DNA of 34,590 nucleotides. Origin: Chloroflexota bacterium (lineage in GTDB: Bacteria; Chloroflexota; Dehalococcoidia; Lucifugimonadales; Lucifugimonadaceae). Each line of letters begins with the position of its first letter. Position 1 is the stretch's first letter. The notes under the pieces are model-generated. The model made no database searches. It was given only the letters and a program-made list of their open reading frames with translations, and had not been told where the DNA came from. A program made the translations under genes and the position numbers. The stretch is taken from contig PBHC01000004.1 in the NCBI GenBank assembly GCA_002719295.1, positions 3,240-37,829 of the forward strand. The letters are read 5' to 3'. Of this stretch, positions 1 through 10,365 are shown piece after piece.

Positions 1-1023
1 CCAATGTGTCAGTATTCTTCTGAGGATGGCTTCTCTAATAATTGGCACATGGTTCATTTAGGATCTAGAGCAGTTGGAGGCGCAGGATTAGTTATGACTG
101 AAGCCGCAGCAGTAGAACCTGAAGGCAGAATAAGTCCATGGGATTTGGGAATATGGAAAGATGAACATATTTCTGGATTAAAAGAAATTACTAATTTTAT
201 TGCATCACAAGGATCTACTCCTGCAATACAAATTGCTCATGCTGGTAGAAAAGCATCTACAAAAAGACCTTGGCAAGGTAGGGGCAAAATCCTAAAAGAA
301 GATGGAGGATGGGTGCCTAAAGGCCCTAGTGCAATTGCATTTGATGAAGAATCTCAAGTTCCTGAAGAGATGTCGAATGCAGAGGTTCAAAAGATTATTG
401 ATAAATTTGTTTCTGCAGCTCAAAGATCTGTAGAAGCTGGATTTAAATGCATTGAACTACACTTGGCGCATGGATATTTAGCGCATGAATTTTTTTCTCC
501 TATATCAAATACTCGAGAAGATGAATATGGGGGTAATTTTGATAACAGAACAATTTTTGGTGTTGAAATTGCAAAAAATATACGAAAAGAAATTGGAGAA
601 AAGATTCCTCTATTAGCAAGGATTTCAGTTACTGAATATCATAATAATGGATGGGATACAGACTCCTCTATAAGGTTATCTAAAAAGCTAAAAGATGCTG
701 GAGTGGATATGATTGATTGCTCTTCAGGAGGAAATTATTCGGAACAAAAAATTGAACTTGGTCCTGGCTATCAAGTACCGTTGTCTAAAAGCATTAAAGA
801 AAAAGCTGAAATACTTACAGGAACAGTTGGATTGATAACTGAAAACAGGCATGCTGAAGAAATTTTAGAAAACGGAGAAGCAGATGTTATCTTCTTAGGC
901 AGAGAATTATTAAGAAATCCATACTGGAGTCTATATGCAGAAGGTGAAATAGAAAAATGGCCTGTTCAATATCAAAGATCTTTTGAAGGTTCAAATAAAA
1001 TAAATTATATTAGAGAAACCTAA
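1..1023 (+). CDS. NADH:flavin oxidoreductase / Old Yellow Enzyme, YqjM/NamA-like (5' truncated by window edge)
   Basis: The frame is open from base 1 (CCA ATG TGT CAG TAT = PMCQYS, the YqjM-type motif). It also has QIAHAGRK, ELHLAHGYL, REDEYGG and GRELLRNPYW. Confidence 0.9.
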   Translation, partial: PMCQYSSEDGFSNNWHMVHLGSRAVGGAGLVMTEAAAVEPEGRISPWDLGIWKDEHISGLKEITNFIASQGSTPAIQIAHAGRKASTKRPWQGRGKILKEDGGWVPKGPSAIAFDEESQVPEEMSNAEVQKIIDKFVSAAQRSVEAGFKCIELHLAHGYLAHEFFSPISNTREDEYGGNFDNRTIFGVEIAKNIRKEIGEKIPLLARISVTEYHNNGWDTDSSIRLSKKLKDAGVDMIDCSSGGNYSEQKIELGPGYQVPLSKSIKEKAEILTGTVGLITENRHAEEILENGEADVIFLGRELLRNPYWSLYAEGEIEKWPVQYQRSFEGSNKINYIRET

Positions 1024-2279
1024 ATTGTCTCAAATCCAGTGTAAGGAACGAGCACCTCTGGAATAACTATAGATCCATCTGGCTGTTGCCCATTTTCTAT
1101 TATGGCAACCCATATCCTAGGTAAAGCTAATCCTGATCCATTTAATGTATGGGGGAATGATGTAGGTGAAGATTGAGTTTGTTTATATCTTGTGTTGTTT
1201 CTCCTAGTCTGAAAATCAAAACAGTTAGAAATTGAAGATACTTCTAACCACTCTTTTGATCCCGCAGCCCAAACCTCAATATCAAAAGTAATACCAGATT
1301 GAAATCCTATATCTCCAGTGGACAATTGAATCAGTTTAGAGGCTAGACCTAATCTATCACATAAAGTTCTTGCATGTTCGATCATTTTATCTAAATCTTG
1401 CATAGAATTTTCAGGTTCTACAAACTTAAACATTTCTACTTTAAAAAATTGATGTACCCTCTTGATACCCCTAATGTCTCTACCTGCAGAAGTATGTTCT
1501 TTTCTAAAACTTGGAGTTCTTGCTACATAACTTAATGGCAACATTTCAGGCAATATAATTTTACCTTGATGTAATGCATTTAAAGAAACTTCAGCAGTTG
1601 GTATTAACCACAAATCAGTTTCTTCGTCTCTATATAAATTATCCTTAAATTTAGGTAAATTTCCGGAACCTATCATAGTTTCTTCTTTAACTAAATACGG
1701 AGGATCAATTTCAGAATAACCAAATTCATCGGTGTGAGTATCAACCATCCAATTCATTAGAGCTCTATGCAATCTAGCTCCTTTTTCTTTAAGAACAAAA
1801 AACCTTGCTCCAGAAATATTTGCCCCAGCTTCTAAATCTAAAATATCTTTTTCAGGCCCAATATCCCAATGTGGAATAATGTAATCTTCTTCCTTGAGAG
1901 ATCCTCTAATATCGATTTCTATGTTTGCAGAGTCATCTTTTCCGACAGGTACTGAATCATGAGGAAGATTAGGGATTTCTAGCATAATAGCTCTTAAGTT
2001 ATTATTGATTCTGCTCAAATCATTATCAATATTTTTTAATTCATCTGATAGATTTTTTATAAAAGAAGTTTCTTCATCTGTAGGTTTTCTTTTTTCATTA
2101 CCTATAGTTTTTGATATTTCATTTCTCTGAGCTCGTTTTTTATCTCCTTCAGTAATCAAAGTACTTCTAGAATCACTTAGAGAAATAATTTCATCTAAAT
2201 TCGAAACATCATATCCTCTATTCAAAAGACCTTCTGAATATAATTTTTTATTCTCTATAATTTTTTTTATATCTAACAC
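1020..2279 (-). CDS. serS: Serine--tRNA ligase
   Basis: N-terminal coiled-coil arm plus LIPTAEV, RGIKRVHQFFKVE, EVSSISNC and HTLNGSGLA. The GTG start overlaps the lysS stop (TAGTG). Confidence 0.97.
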   Translation of the reverse strand: MLDIKKIIENKKLYSEGLLNRGYDVSNLDEIISLSDSRSTLITEGDKKRAQRNEISKTIGNEKRKPTDEETSFIKNLSDELKNIDNDLSRINNNLRAIMLEIPNLPHDSVPVGKDDSANIEIDIRGSLKEEDYIIPHWDIGPEKDILDLEAGANISGARFFVLKEKGARLHRALMNWMVDTHTDEFGYSEIDPPYLVKEETMIGSGNLPKFKDNLYRDEETDLWLIPTAEVSLNALHQGKIILPEMLPLSYVARTPSFRKEHTSAGRDIRGIKRVHQFFKVEMFKFVEPENSMQDLDKMIEHARTLCDRLGLASKLIQLSTGDIGFQSGITFDIEVWAAGSKEWLEVSSISNCFDFQTRRNNTRYKQTQSSPTSFPHTLNGSGLALPRIWVAIIENGQQPDGSIVIPEVLVPYTGFETI

Positions 2280-3772
2280 TATTCTCTTGACCTTAACTGA
2301 GGAAATAATAAAACTTCCCTTATTTGATCTTGTTCTGTTAGCAACATTACAAGTCTATCTATTCCAATACCAAGTCCTCCAGTTGGAGGCATTCCATGCT
2401 CTATAGAAACTAAAAAGTCTTCATCAAGTCTATCTGCCTCTTGATCACCTACATTTTTTCTAAGATTTTCTTGTTCAATAAATCTATTTCTTTGATCTAT
2501 TGGATCATTTAATTCTGAAAACGCATTGGCTAACTCATGTCCTAAAACAAACGCTTCAAATCTTTCAACAATTTCCTGAGATCCTGGTTTTAATTTTGCT
2601 AAAGGTGACATTTCTATAGGATAATCAAGTAAAAATGTTGGCTTTATTAATTTTGTTTCAACTCCCTGAGAAATAAGCCTATCTAATAGTACTCCCCATG
2701 CCTCTTTAGAATCAGCAACATATCCTTTTTCTATCATTATTTTTGATAATAGATCACTTGTCTTGAATTCTAGAAAATCAATTCCTGTATTGTTGATTAT
2801 AGTCTCTCTCAAATCTACTCTGTCCCAAGGTGGAGATAAATCAATATATTTATCTTCAGAAATCTTAATTTTAGTTGTTCCATTTACTTCTTTAGCGACA
2901 AATGAAACGAGATCTTCAACCATTTTCATTACTGTATTATAATCCTCATAAGATTCGTATGATTCCATAGTTGTAAACTCAGGATTATGATCATGATCTA
3001 TACCTTCATTTCTAAATAGTCTTCCTATCTCATAAACTTTTTCAATACCACCAACAATAAGTTTTTTTAAATGTAATTCTGTCGCTATTCTTAAAAATAA
3101 TTTTTTATCTAGTGTATTATGAAAAGTTTCAAAAGGTATAGCTCGACCTCCTGCAGGAATATCTACCAGAATAGGTGTTTCAACTTCAAGAAATCCTCTA
3201 TTATTCATAAAATTTCTTACAGATGAGACTATTTTAGATCTTTTTATAGCAATCTCTTTTGATTCATCATTGGAAATTAGATCTAAATATCTTTGTCTGT
3301 ATCTTATTTCATTATCTTTTAAACCAGACCACTTATCAGGTAAAGGCCTAATTGATTTTGTAAGTAAAACTATTTTTTTAAGATCTAGTGTGATCTCTCC
3401 TCGTCTAGTTCTAAATATAACTCCGTCAACACCTATAATATCTCCTATATCTAAAAGATCTAAAAATTCTTTAGAGATATCATTTTCTTCGTCTTTATAA
3501 TGAAGTTGAATTTTTCCTGTTTGGTCTTTTAAATCAAAGAATACAACTTTACCCATACCTCTTTTAGCCATAATTCTACCTGATATAGAAAAAATTTCAG
3601 TAGAAATATTTTTTCCAGATTCTTCACTGCCTATAAATAAATCAACAATCTCTCCTATAGATTTTCTTTCACTGTCCCAACGACTTGGATATGGATCTAT
3701 ATTTAAGCTTTTTATTTTCTCAAGCTTTTCAATTCTATCTTTTATGATTCTGTCTTCTGAAGGGTTTTCCAT
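2279..3772 (-). CDS. lysS: Lysine--tRNA ligase (class II)
   Basis: YRQRYLDL, LRIATELHLKKL, FRNEGID..HNPEFT, ERFE, ELANAFSELNDP and GMPPTGGLGIGIDRL. Confidence 0.98.
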   Translation of the reverse strand: MENPSEDRIIKDRIEKLEKIKSLNIDPYPSRWDSERKSIGEIVDLFIGSEESGKNISTEIFSISGRIMAKRGMGKVVFFDLKDQTGKIQLHYKDEENDISKEFLDLLDIGDIIGVDGVIFRTRRGEITLDLKKIVLLTKSIRPLPDKWSGLKDNEIRYRQRYLDLISNDESKEIAIKRSKIVSSVRNFMNNRGFLEVETPILVDIPAGGRAIPFETFHNTLDKKLFLRIATELHLKKLIVGGIEKVYEIGRLFRNEGIDHDHNPEFTTMESYESYEDYNTVMKMVEDLVSFVAKEVNGTTKIKISEDKYIDLSPPWDRVDLRETIINNTGIDFLEFKTSDLLSKIMIEKGYVADSKEAWGVLLDRLISQGVETKLIKPTFLLDYPIEMSPLAKLKPGSQEIVERFEAFVLGHELANAFSELNDPIDQRNRFIEQENLRKNVGDQEADRLDEDFLVSIEHGMPPTGGLGIGIDRLVMLLTEQDQIREVLLFPQLRSRE

Positions 3773-3904
3773 AAATTGATTTTCTTTTATTATTTGTATT
3801 AAGTAATTTTATAACTTTTTTTTGTAGAAGCCTTAGTAGATTTTCAGTTCAGATTTAGTTTAATATCTAATATTATTATTTTTAACAAATAAAATTTAAT
3901 TTAA

Positions 3905-4438
3905 ATGAATATAAAAAAACCCCAAAACATAAAAACAAAAAGATTAACATTAAGACCAATAGAAATCGAAGATTTAGAAATCATTCAAAATTATTCTATT
4001 GATGAAGAATGGCATAGATTTTTAGACTTTCACACTAAAGAAAGCGTAGAAGAATTTGTCCACAAAGCGGTTAACTCTCCCTGGGAAGAACATGCTAGGT
4101 TTTCTATTTTAATAAATAATCAAATGATTGGAGGGGTAGGTCTTTATATTGAAATGAAAGAAAAAAGAGCTGAAATAGGATACTCATTGTCCAAAGATTA
4201 TTGGGGTAAAGGGATAATTCCTGAAGCGGTAACAAGAGTTATAAAATATGGATTTGAAGATTTGGGACTTGAAAAAATTTTTGCTCAAACTGACTTAAGA
4301 AATAAGCCTTCTCAAGAAGTAATGAAAAAAATGGGGATGACAAAAGAAGGAATTTTTCGAAAACATGCAATTGCTCAAAATAAAAGAAGAGATATTATTT
4401 ATTTTTCTATATTAAAGTCTGAATGGAGAAAGAAATAG
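3905..4438 (+). CDS. GNAT N-acetyltransferase, RimJ/RimL family
   Basis: TKRLTLRP, AEIGYSL...YWGKG and N..S..VMKKMGMTKEG..RKH. Confidence 0.88.
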   Translation: MNIKKPQNIKTKRLTLRPIEIEDLEIIQNYSIDEEWHRFLDFHTKESVEEFVHKAVNSPWEEHARFSILINNQMIGGVGLYIEMKEKRAEIGYSLSKDYWGKGIIPEAVTRVIKYGFEDLGLEKIFAQTDLRNKPSQEVMKKMGMTKEGIFRKHAIAQNKRRDIIYFSILKSEWRKK

Positions 4439-4441
4439 TTT

Positions 4442-5194
4442 TTACCAGCAAGTCTCTCCTCCATCAATTACTAATTCTGAACCAGTAACCCAAGAAGATT
4501 CATCAGAAGCAAGGTAAAGAGCCCCATATGCGATATCCTCAGGTGTTCCTAGTCTACCCATTGGAGTCATTGCTAATCTTTCATTCCTAACTTCATCTAT
4601 AGAATGAATGTCTTCTGTCATGGGTGTATCTGTAAATCCAGGGTGAATAGAATTTGATCTTATATTATATTTTCCGTACTGAGCAGCAATTGTTTTCGTA
4701 AATATTCTAGAAGATCCTTTTGATGCATGATAGGCGGTTGAACTTCTTGCACTACCAATTAATCCAAAAATTGAAGAAACATTAATAATTGAACCTGATT
4801 TATTTTCTTTCATATTTCCTATTACATTCTGTGTACCAAGCATAACTGCGGTAGAATTTACAGAAAAAACTTTATCCCATTCATTTTTTTTCATTTCTTC
4901 AAAATTTGACCTTAACGACATCCCTGCATTATTTACTAAAATATCGATTTTATTCCATTTATCTAAAATACTAGTAACACAATTTTTCCATTTATCTTCA
5001 TTTGAGACATCAAAATTAAAAGTAATTAGGTCTTCATTAGAATTTATTTTATTTTCTATAGATTTCAATTTATCCAAATTATTATCTATTACGCAAATTT
5101 TAGAACCTTCTTCATAAAAAATTTTAGAAATTGCCTCTCCAATACCCGATGCTCCCCCAGTAATAATACTAACTTTATTTTTTAAGCGATTCAT
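4442..5194 (-). CDS. Classical SDR-family oxidoreductase (start revised to 5194, MNRLKNK)
   Basis: TGGASGIG, NNAG, YHASK catalytic motif and IHPG. An AGGAG Shine-Dalgarno (5200-5204, minus strand) precedes the ATG at 5194. The longer ORF-track start overlaps the divergent gene. Confidence 0.9.
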   Translation of the reverse strand: MNRLKNKVSIITGGASGIGEAISKIFYEEGSKICVIDNNLDKLKSIENKINSNEDLITFNFDVSNEDKWKNCVTSILDKWNKIDILVNNAGMSLRSNFEEMKKNEWDKVFSVNSTAVMLGTQNVIGNMKENKSGSIINVSSIFGLIGSARSSTAYHASKGSSRIFTKTIAAQYGKYNIRSNSIHPGFTDTPMTEDIHSIDEVRNERLAMTPMGRLGTPEDIAYGALYLASDESSWVTGSELVIDGGETCW

Positions 5195-5276
5195 ATAAAC
5201 TCCTAATATTAAATAACTTAGAAAAACTTTATCATAAAAAAAAAATAATTTATCATAAAAATAAAGAAAATTAAAA

Positions 5277-5657
5277 ATGGTACAAAATCCAATAAATTTT
5301 GGTTCAAATAAAAAAGATACAAAAACAGAAAGACCATGGGGAAGTTTTGAAATTCTTTGCAAAGGACCAGGATATCAATCAAAAAGATTAACAATAAATC
5401 CTAAAAGCAGACTGTCTCTTCAAACTCATAAGCATAGAGATGAAGAATGGGTAATCGCCAGAGGAACAGCTCAAGTTACTGTTGGAGAGAAACAAACTGT
5501 TCTAGGCAAAGGAGAATCAGCGAGTGTGCCAAGAACTATAGCTCATCGCATAGAAAATATATCAGAAATAGATCCGTTAGAAATTATTGAAGTTCAAATA
5601 GGTGACTATATCGATGAGGATGATATAGAAAGACTAGACGATGATTATGGAAGATAA
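5277..5657 (+). CDS. Stand-alone cupin, mannose-6-phosphate isomerase type II C-terminal domain
   Basis: RPWG, RLSLQTHKHRDEEW, HRIEN and IIEVQIGDYIDEDDIERLDDDYGR match the C-terminal cupin of ManC/AlgA. Confidence 0.88.
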   Translation: MVQNPINFGSNKKDTKTERPWGSFEILCKGPGYQSKRLTINPKSRLSLQTHKHRDEEWVIARGTAQVTVGEKQTVLGKGESASVPRTIAHRIENISEIDPLEIIEVQIGDYIDEDDIERLDDDYGR

Positions 5658-5662
5658 ACCTA

Positions 5663-6271
5663 TTAGTTTTGCTCCATAGTTATATTTTCATTCTCATTTT
5701 CAGCAGGATCATCAAGCAAATCTAAACCGCTTCTTACCTGACTCAAAATTGTTGCTATTCTTTCCTCTAAAGCATATAAAACTTCTTTAGCATAATTATC
5801 TGCACCATCTCTTCTATCTGCAGAAACTTGCTCTGACTCTTCTAGCATTCTACTTGATTCTTGTTGTGCATTTAGAATAATATTTTCTGATTGAGATTGT
5901 GCATCATTCACTATTTCTTCAGATTTTTTGTTTGCACCTTCAACTATAGAAGTTTCTTGAATCATAGCTTCAGCTTTTTCTTCCGCAACAGACAAAATTT
6001 CAGCAGCATCTCTTTTTGCTATTTCTCTCATAGTAGATGCTTCTTCGTCAGCATAATTTCGTATTCTTGCAGCTTCTTTATCAGCTTGATCAATAATAGC
6101 CTCTTTTTGCCTTGAAACCATTCCTGCTTCATCAAGTTCAGATGGTAATCCAGATATTATTTGATTTACAATATCCATGGCCTTTGATTTATCTAAACCT
6201 TTTCCAGGTATCAGTGAATTTGAATCACCTATTAATTTTTCTAAGTTTTTTAGTTCTTCAATAATATTCAT
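5663..6271 (-). CDS. Coiled-coil protein, DivIVA/SepIVA-like family usually found after coaD
   Basis: Long Ala/Glu heptad repeats, LPSELDEA and GADNYA..L..LE. It sits directly after rsmD-coaD. Confidence 0.65.
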   Translation of the reverse strand: MNIIEELKNLEKLIGDSNSLIPGKGLDKSKAMDIVNQIISGLPSELDEAGMVSRQKEAIIDQADKEAARIRNYADEEASTMREIAKRDAAEILSVAEEKAEAMIQETSIVEGANKKSEEIVNDAQSQSENIILNAQQESSRMLEESEQVSADRRDGADNYAKEVLYALEERIATILSQVRSGLDLLDDPAENENENITMEQN

Positions 6272-6327
6272 ATTTCCTCCATATAAGTAAATTCTATTTC
6301 ATTGATACATCAAAATACTTTAATTTT

Positions 6328-6813
6328 TTAAGCGGATTTTTTTATTCTTTCCATAAAAGGAGGCAATACATGATCTGGAACTAAAGAACTTACATCTCCT
6401 CCTAACTGAGCTATTTCTTTTACCCTGCTAGAACTAACATACTGATATTTCAATGAGGAAATCAAACAGACTGTATCTATATTTGAATTCATTTCTCTAT
6501 TTGTAAGCGCCATTTCTCTCTCATACTCAAAATCAGCACCTATTCTCAATCCTCTAATAATCACACTAGCTTCTAATTCTTCTGCTAAGTTAACGGTTAA
6601 ATTATTAAATTTGATTACATTAACATTGTTTAATTTTGATATAGTTTCTTGAATCATCTGTACTCTTTCATCAACATTAAAAATAACATTTTTCATTGAA
6701 CCTGAATAAACACATACAGTAACCTCATCAAATAATTTTGATGCTCTTTCAACAATGTCATAATGACCTCTTGTTACAGGATCAAATGTCCCTGGATAAA
6801 TGCCTTTTACCAT
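6328..6813 (-). CDS. coaD: Phosphopantetheine adenylyltransferase
   Basis: YPGTFDPVTRGH, IIRGLR..DFEYE and VSSSRVKE. Confidence 0.97.
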   Translation of the reverse strand: MVKGIYPGTFDPVTRGHYDIVERASKLFDEVTVCVYSGSMKNVIFNVDERVQMIQETISKLNNVNVIKFNNLTVNLAEELEASVIIRGLRIGADFEYEREMALTNREMNSNIDTVCLISSLKYQYVSSSRVKEIAQLGGDVSSLVPDHVLPPFMERIKKSA

Positions 6814-6823
6814 AATTCCCTTT

Positions 6824-7336
6824 TTAAGAAGAGTAAACGGAGATCATAGTGTCTCCATATTTTTTTTCTTGTATTTTTTTAAATATTTTATACTCTTCAG
6901 TTAATTTTATTCTAGATGAATGTTCTAAAAATAACTTAGTTTTTTCATGCGTAAGTTTGTAATTTATTAGCTGATCAAAAATTTTTTCAAAAGGAATTTG
7001 ATCATATGGAGGATCAATAAAAATATAATCAAAAAGCTTATCTAATTTATTTAATTGATTTTCACAATTTGCCTTTATAACAGTTGACCTTTCAGCAAAG
7101 TTTAATTTATTTAGTTTTTGTCTAATTAATCTTAGAAACTCATGATTTATATCAACAAAATAACAATTTCCAGCACCCAGATCTAAAGATCTTATTCCAA
7201 CGCTACCAGTTCCTGAATAAAGATCTAGAAAGTTTTTTTTCTCTAAATTTGAATGACCTATCATAGAAAATATAGCTCCAAGAACTTTTGATGTTGTAGG
7301 GCGTAAATTTAGATTTTTATGCTGTTGTTTTTTCAA
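6824..7336 (-). CDS. rsmD: 16S rRNA m2G966 methyltransferase RsmD family
   Basis: LRPTT, LDLYSGTGSVG, IFIDPPY and KKYGDT. It is adjacent to coaD. Confidence 0.88.
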   Translation of the reverse strand: MKKQQHKNLNLRPTTSKVLGAIFSMIGHSNLEKKNFLDLYSGTGSVGIRSLDLGAGNCYFVDINHEFLRLIRQKLNKLNFAERSTVIKANCENQLNKLDKLFDYIFIDPPYDQIPFEKIFDQLINYKLTHEKTKLFLEHSSRIKLTEEYKIFKKIQEKKYGDTMISVYSS

Positions 7337-8306
7337 GGTTAGTTTCTATCATTTCAAAATTTTCTCTAAGATTTAGAATAAAAAATTCAATTATATTATC
7401 AATGTTTTCATCTGATCTAAAAATTTTTAATCTTAATTCTTTGGAATTTTTAAACCCTTTAGAATAATAAGATAATTGTTTTTTTATTTGTAAATCTACA
7501 ATTCTTTCAGAAAAAAAATCTTTCATAAGTTCAATATGAAATGAAATATCTGAAATGATTTTATTTAATTTTTCTTTATCTGATAATTTTTGATAATTAA
7601 AGTTAAATATCCATGGATTTCCTATTGCTGCCCTTCCAATCATTACTGAATCACATTTGGTAAATTGAATCATATCATCAGCATCCTTAAATGACTTTAT
7701 ATCCCCATTCCCAGTAACTGGAATTTTTACTTCATCAACTATTTTTTTTATAATTTCCCATTTTGATAGTCCTGCATATCTTTGATTTCTTGTCCTAGGG
7801 TGGATAGTTATGGAATCGATTCCTTCATCTTCTAACATTTTTGAAAATTCTAAAGCATTTTCATTTTCGTCATTCCAACCACTTCTAATTTTTGCCGTTA
7901 GTGGAATTTTTGTTGCTTGTCTCATTGTTTTGACCAATTTAGATGTCTCAGAAATATCTTTCATTAGTGCAGAACCTTTGCCCTTTTTAGTAATTTTAGG
8001 CACTGGACATCCCATGTTTATATCAATAATATCTGCACCCATATCTTGCAAGATAACTGATGCTTCAGACATTATTTTTGGATCACATCCTAAAAGCTGC
8101 ATAGCAATGGGTTTTTCTCTTTTATAAAAACTAGAAATTTCTTTTGTTCTATTTGATTGGTTATATACTAAAGATGTCGCATCTATCTCTTCAGTTGTTA
8201 CAAATCCAGCATCATTTAATAAACATATTTCTCTGTATGGTGAATTTGTAACTCCAGCCATTGGAGCTAATCTTAATTTATTTTTTTCTAGAAGTTTTTT
8301 AATCAT
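7317..8306 (-). CDS. dusB: tRNA-dihydrouridine synthase DusB family (start revised to 8306)
   Basis: LAPMAGVT, DINMGCP, KIRSGW, IHPRT, GNGDI and MIGRAAIGNPW. The ATG at 8306 lies just after the upstream gene's stop. Confidence 0.9.
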   Translation of the reverse strand: MIKKLLEKNKLRLAPMAGVTNSPYREICLLNDAGFVTTEEIDATSLVYNQSNRTKEISSFYKREKPIAMQLLGCDPKIMSEASVILQDMGADIIDINMGCPVPKITKKGKGSALMKDISETSKLVKTMRQATKIPLTAKIRSGWNDENENALEFSKMLEDEGIDSITIHPRTRNQRYAGLSKWEIIKKIVDEVKIPVTGNGDIKSFKDADDMIQFTKCDSVMIGRAAIGNPWIFNFNYQKLSDKEKLNKIISDISFHIELMKDFFSERIVDLQIKKQLSYYSKGFKNSKELRLKIFRSDENIDNIIEFFILNLRENFEMIETNLEKTTA

Positions 8307-8307
8307 A

Positions 8308-8889
8308 TTAATAATTATCAAATAATATATTTGATAATTTCTCCCCTTGAGCTGCGTATCCAACTGATCTATGAATTTCATTTCCATTTTTATCAAAAAT
8401 TATATAAGTAGGAGTACTTACTATTTCATAAAACATTAATGCCTCAGTTACATCTTCTAAATATCTATTTGAAACATCTACTATCAAAAAATTTACATTT
8501 TCAGAATGCTCTTCTTTTAAATTTTTCAGAGCAACTTCTCCCATTTTGCAGTAAACACAACTTTCACTCCAACCTTCTAAGAAAGTAGGCTTCCCAGAAT
8601 CGATAATATTTTGAATTTTGGATAAATCTGTGACTATACCCATTTTTCTATATTGAGATTCTCGCATTAATTCAAATGTTTCAAATATACCTAGATTAAA
8701 TCTAAGATCCTCATAATATTCAAATTCATCATTGTTTTTCCACAATGAATAATCATTTTTGAAAGTTCTTACAAGCTCACTATTCGACTTTTCAAATTGC
8801 TGGATTTTAAATGTGCTTTCAGCAACTTGATTAGTTGAATTACAAGAAATCAAAAATAAACAATAAATAATTATTAAAAAAAATTTCAT
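8308..8889 (-). CDS. Predicted lipoprotein with C-terminal thioredoxin-like domain
   Basis: Signal peptide with lipobox LISC, a W-S-E-S-CVYC redox motif, and a STPT cis-Pro region followed by FDKNG. Confidence 0.75.
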   Translation of the reverse strand: MKFFLIIIYCLFLISCNSTNQVAESTFKIQQFEKSNSELVRTFKNDYSLWKNNDEFEYYEDLRFNLGIFETFELMRESQYRKMGIVTDLSKIQNIIDSGKPTFLEGWSESCVYCKMGEVALKNLKEEHSENVNFLIVDVSNRYLEDVTEALMFYEIVSTPTYIIFDKNGNEIHRSVGYAAQGEKLSNILFDNY

Positions 8890-8896
8890 AAATTAA

Positions 8897-10321
8897 TTAT
8901 ATTTGTTTTGAACGAGCAAGAAAAATATTTGGGATAAGAGATATAAGCAAAAAGAATACTGAAGAGAAATAAATAAATTTCCAAGCATTAAGAAATACAT
9001 TCATTGAATCTTTATCTAAAGAATTTAATCCGGCAATATCACCATTATAATTAGCTCCTATGATTAAAAATGCTGTCAAAATCAATGTAGATAATGTTTG
9101 ACCAAATGTATTTCCCATATTTCTAATAAAACTTATTATTGACGAAACAAATCCAGTTAAACCTTTATCTAATGAACTATATGTCAACGCCATATTTGGA
9201 GATCCCCAAAATCCCATTCCTAACCCACTTATCAAAAGAATTACAGTTATAAATGATTTTGAGGTAGTTGTATTAAATTGAGATATAAATATATAAGAAA
9301 AAATCATTAATGAAAGACCAAAAATAATAAATTTCATTCTTCCAAATTTATCTGAGAGCCTACCTCCTAAACTTGCTGCAAAAGCCATGCCTAACGATTG
9401 AAAAATCAACATCAAACCAACTCTTGATTCATTAATATTTAGCAACCCTGTCAAAAAAATTGGCATCATTATCATATTTGCAGACATAGCTAAAAAAGCA
9501 AAAAATCTAGTATTTACAGCAATGCTGAAATCTTTAATTTTAAATAAATTAAAGTTTAAAATTGGATTACTCGATCTAATTTCTGTATAAATGAAAAGTA
9601 AAGCAAAAGGAAAAGATAAGAGAACAAATAAAAGTGCATAGTTAGAAAAAATATCCTCGAATGTTAAATTTTTCATTCCTAAAATAATAAAAATTATGAA
9701 TCCTATGCCAAAAATAGTTCCTTTGTAATCAAATTTTTGATTCTTTTTTATACTAGTTTTTAAATTATCTTTTCGTAATAAAAAATAACCCAATATAAAA
9801 GCTAGAATCATTGGAAAAAGTAAAGATAAGTAAACAAGTTGCCATCCAAAGTTATATACAATAACCCCTCCAATTACGGGACCTACAGTTTGGCCTAATC
9901 CTACAGTTGTACTCATAAGTCCTAATGATTTTCCTCTTTCATTTTCAGGAAATAAATTAGTTACAATTGCTCCTCCCACAGCTTGTCCCATTCCAGAACC
10001 TATAGCCATAATTATTCTTGAAAAAATCAAAATAAAGAAATTTGGAGAAAAAAAACCTATTGTTGTTCCTAAAATAAAAAAAGCTAAACCAAACATATGT
10101 ACTTTTTTATGACCAAATCTATCAGCAATAGATCCTGCAGGAAGCAATATTGCCGTAACTGTAAGAAGATGAATAATAACCAACCACGATACTTGATGAA
10201 TTGAGGTCTCAAAGTATACTGAAATTTCTTTTAGGGATATTAGAATTGCTCCCATGCTCGATACGTTAACAAAAAGAGCTATTGCAACGGCAAAAAAAGC
10301 AAACCACTTATAATTATTCAT
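8897..10321 (-). CDS. MFS transporter, DHA2-like (about 14 TMS)
   Basis: Motif A GSIADRFGHK, ERGKSLG, GPVIGG and a second GRLSDKFGR. Length is 474 aa. Confidence 0.9.
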   Translation of the reverse strand: MNNYKWFAFFAVAIALFVNVSSMGAILISLKEISVYFETSIHQVSWLVIIHLLTVTAILLPAGSIADRFGHKKVHMFGLAFFILGTTIGFFSPNFFILIFSRIIMAIGSGMGQAVGGAIVTNLFPENERGKSLGLMSTTVGLGQTVGPVIGGVIVYNFGWQLVYLSLLFPMILAFILGYFLLRKDNLKTSIKKNQKFDYKGTIFGIGFIIFIILGMKNLTFEDIFSNYALLFVLLSFPFALLFIYTEIRSSNPILNFNLFKIKDFSIAVNTRFFAFLAMSANMIMMPIFLTGLLNINESRVGLMLIFQSLGMAFAASLGGRLSDKFGRMKFIIFGLSLMIFSYIFISQFNTTTSKSFITVILLISGLGMGFWGSPNMALTYSSLDKGLTGFVSSIISFIRNMGNTFGQTLSTLILTAFLIIGANYNGDIAGLNSLDKDSMNVFLNAWKFIYFSSVFFLLISLIPNIFLARSKQI

Positions 10322-10365
10322 ATAAGAAAGTATGATAGCACAGCAAAATCATTGTTGATCATGAA

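Noticed and set aside
3773..3904. Lysine riboswitch or T-box upstream of lysS-serS
   Set aside because: Only 132 AT-rich nt shared with a divergent gene, with no T-box motif or riboswitch-like stems.
5195..5362. ORF-track N-terminal extension of the SDR (similarly dusB 8307-8396, and 21201-21260, 31228-31242, 32940-32951)
   Set aside because: These extensions overlap neighbouring genes or skip better Shine-Dalgarno sites. The downstream ATGs match the family N-termini or SD spacing.
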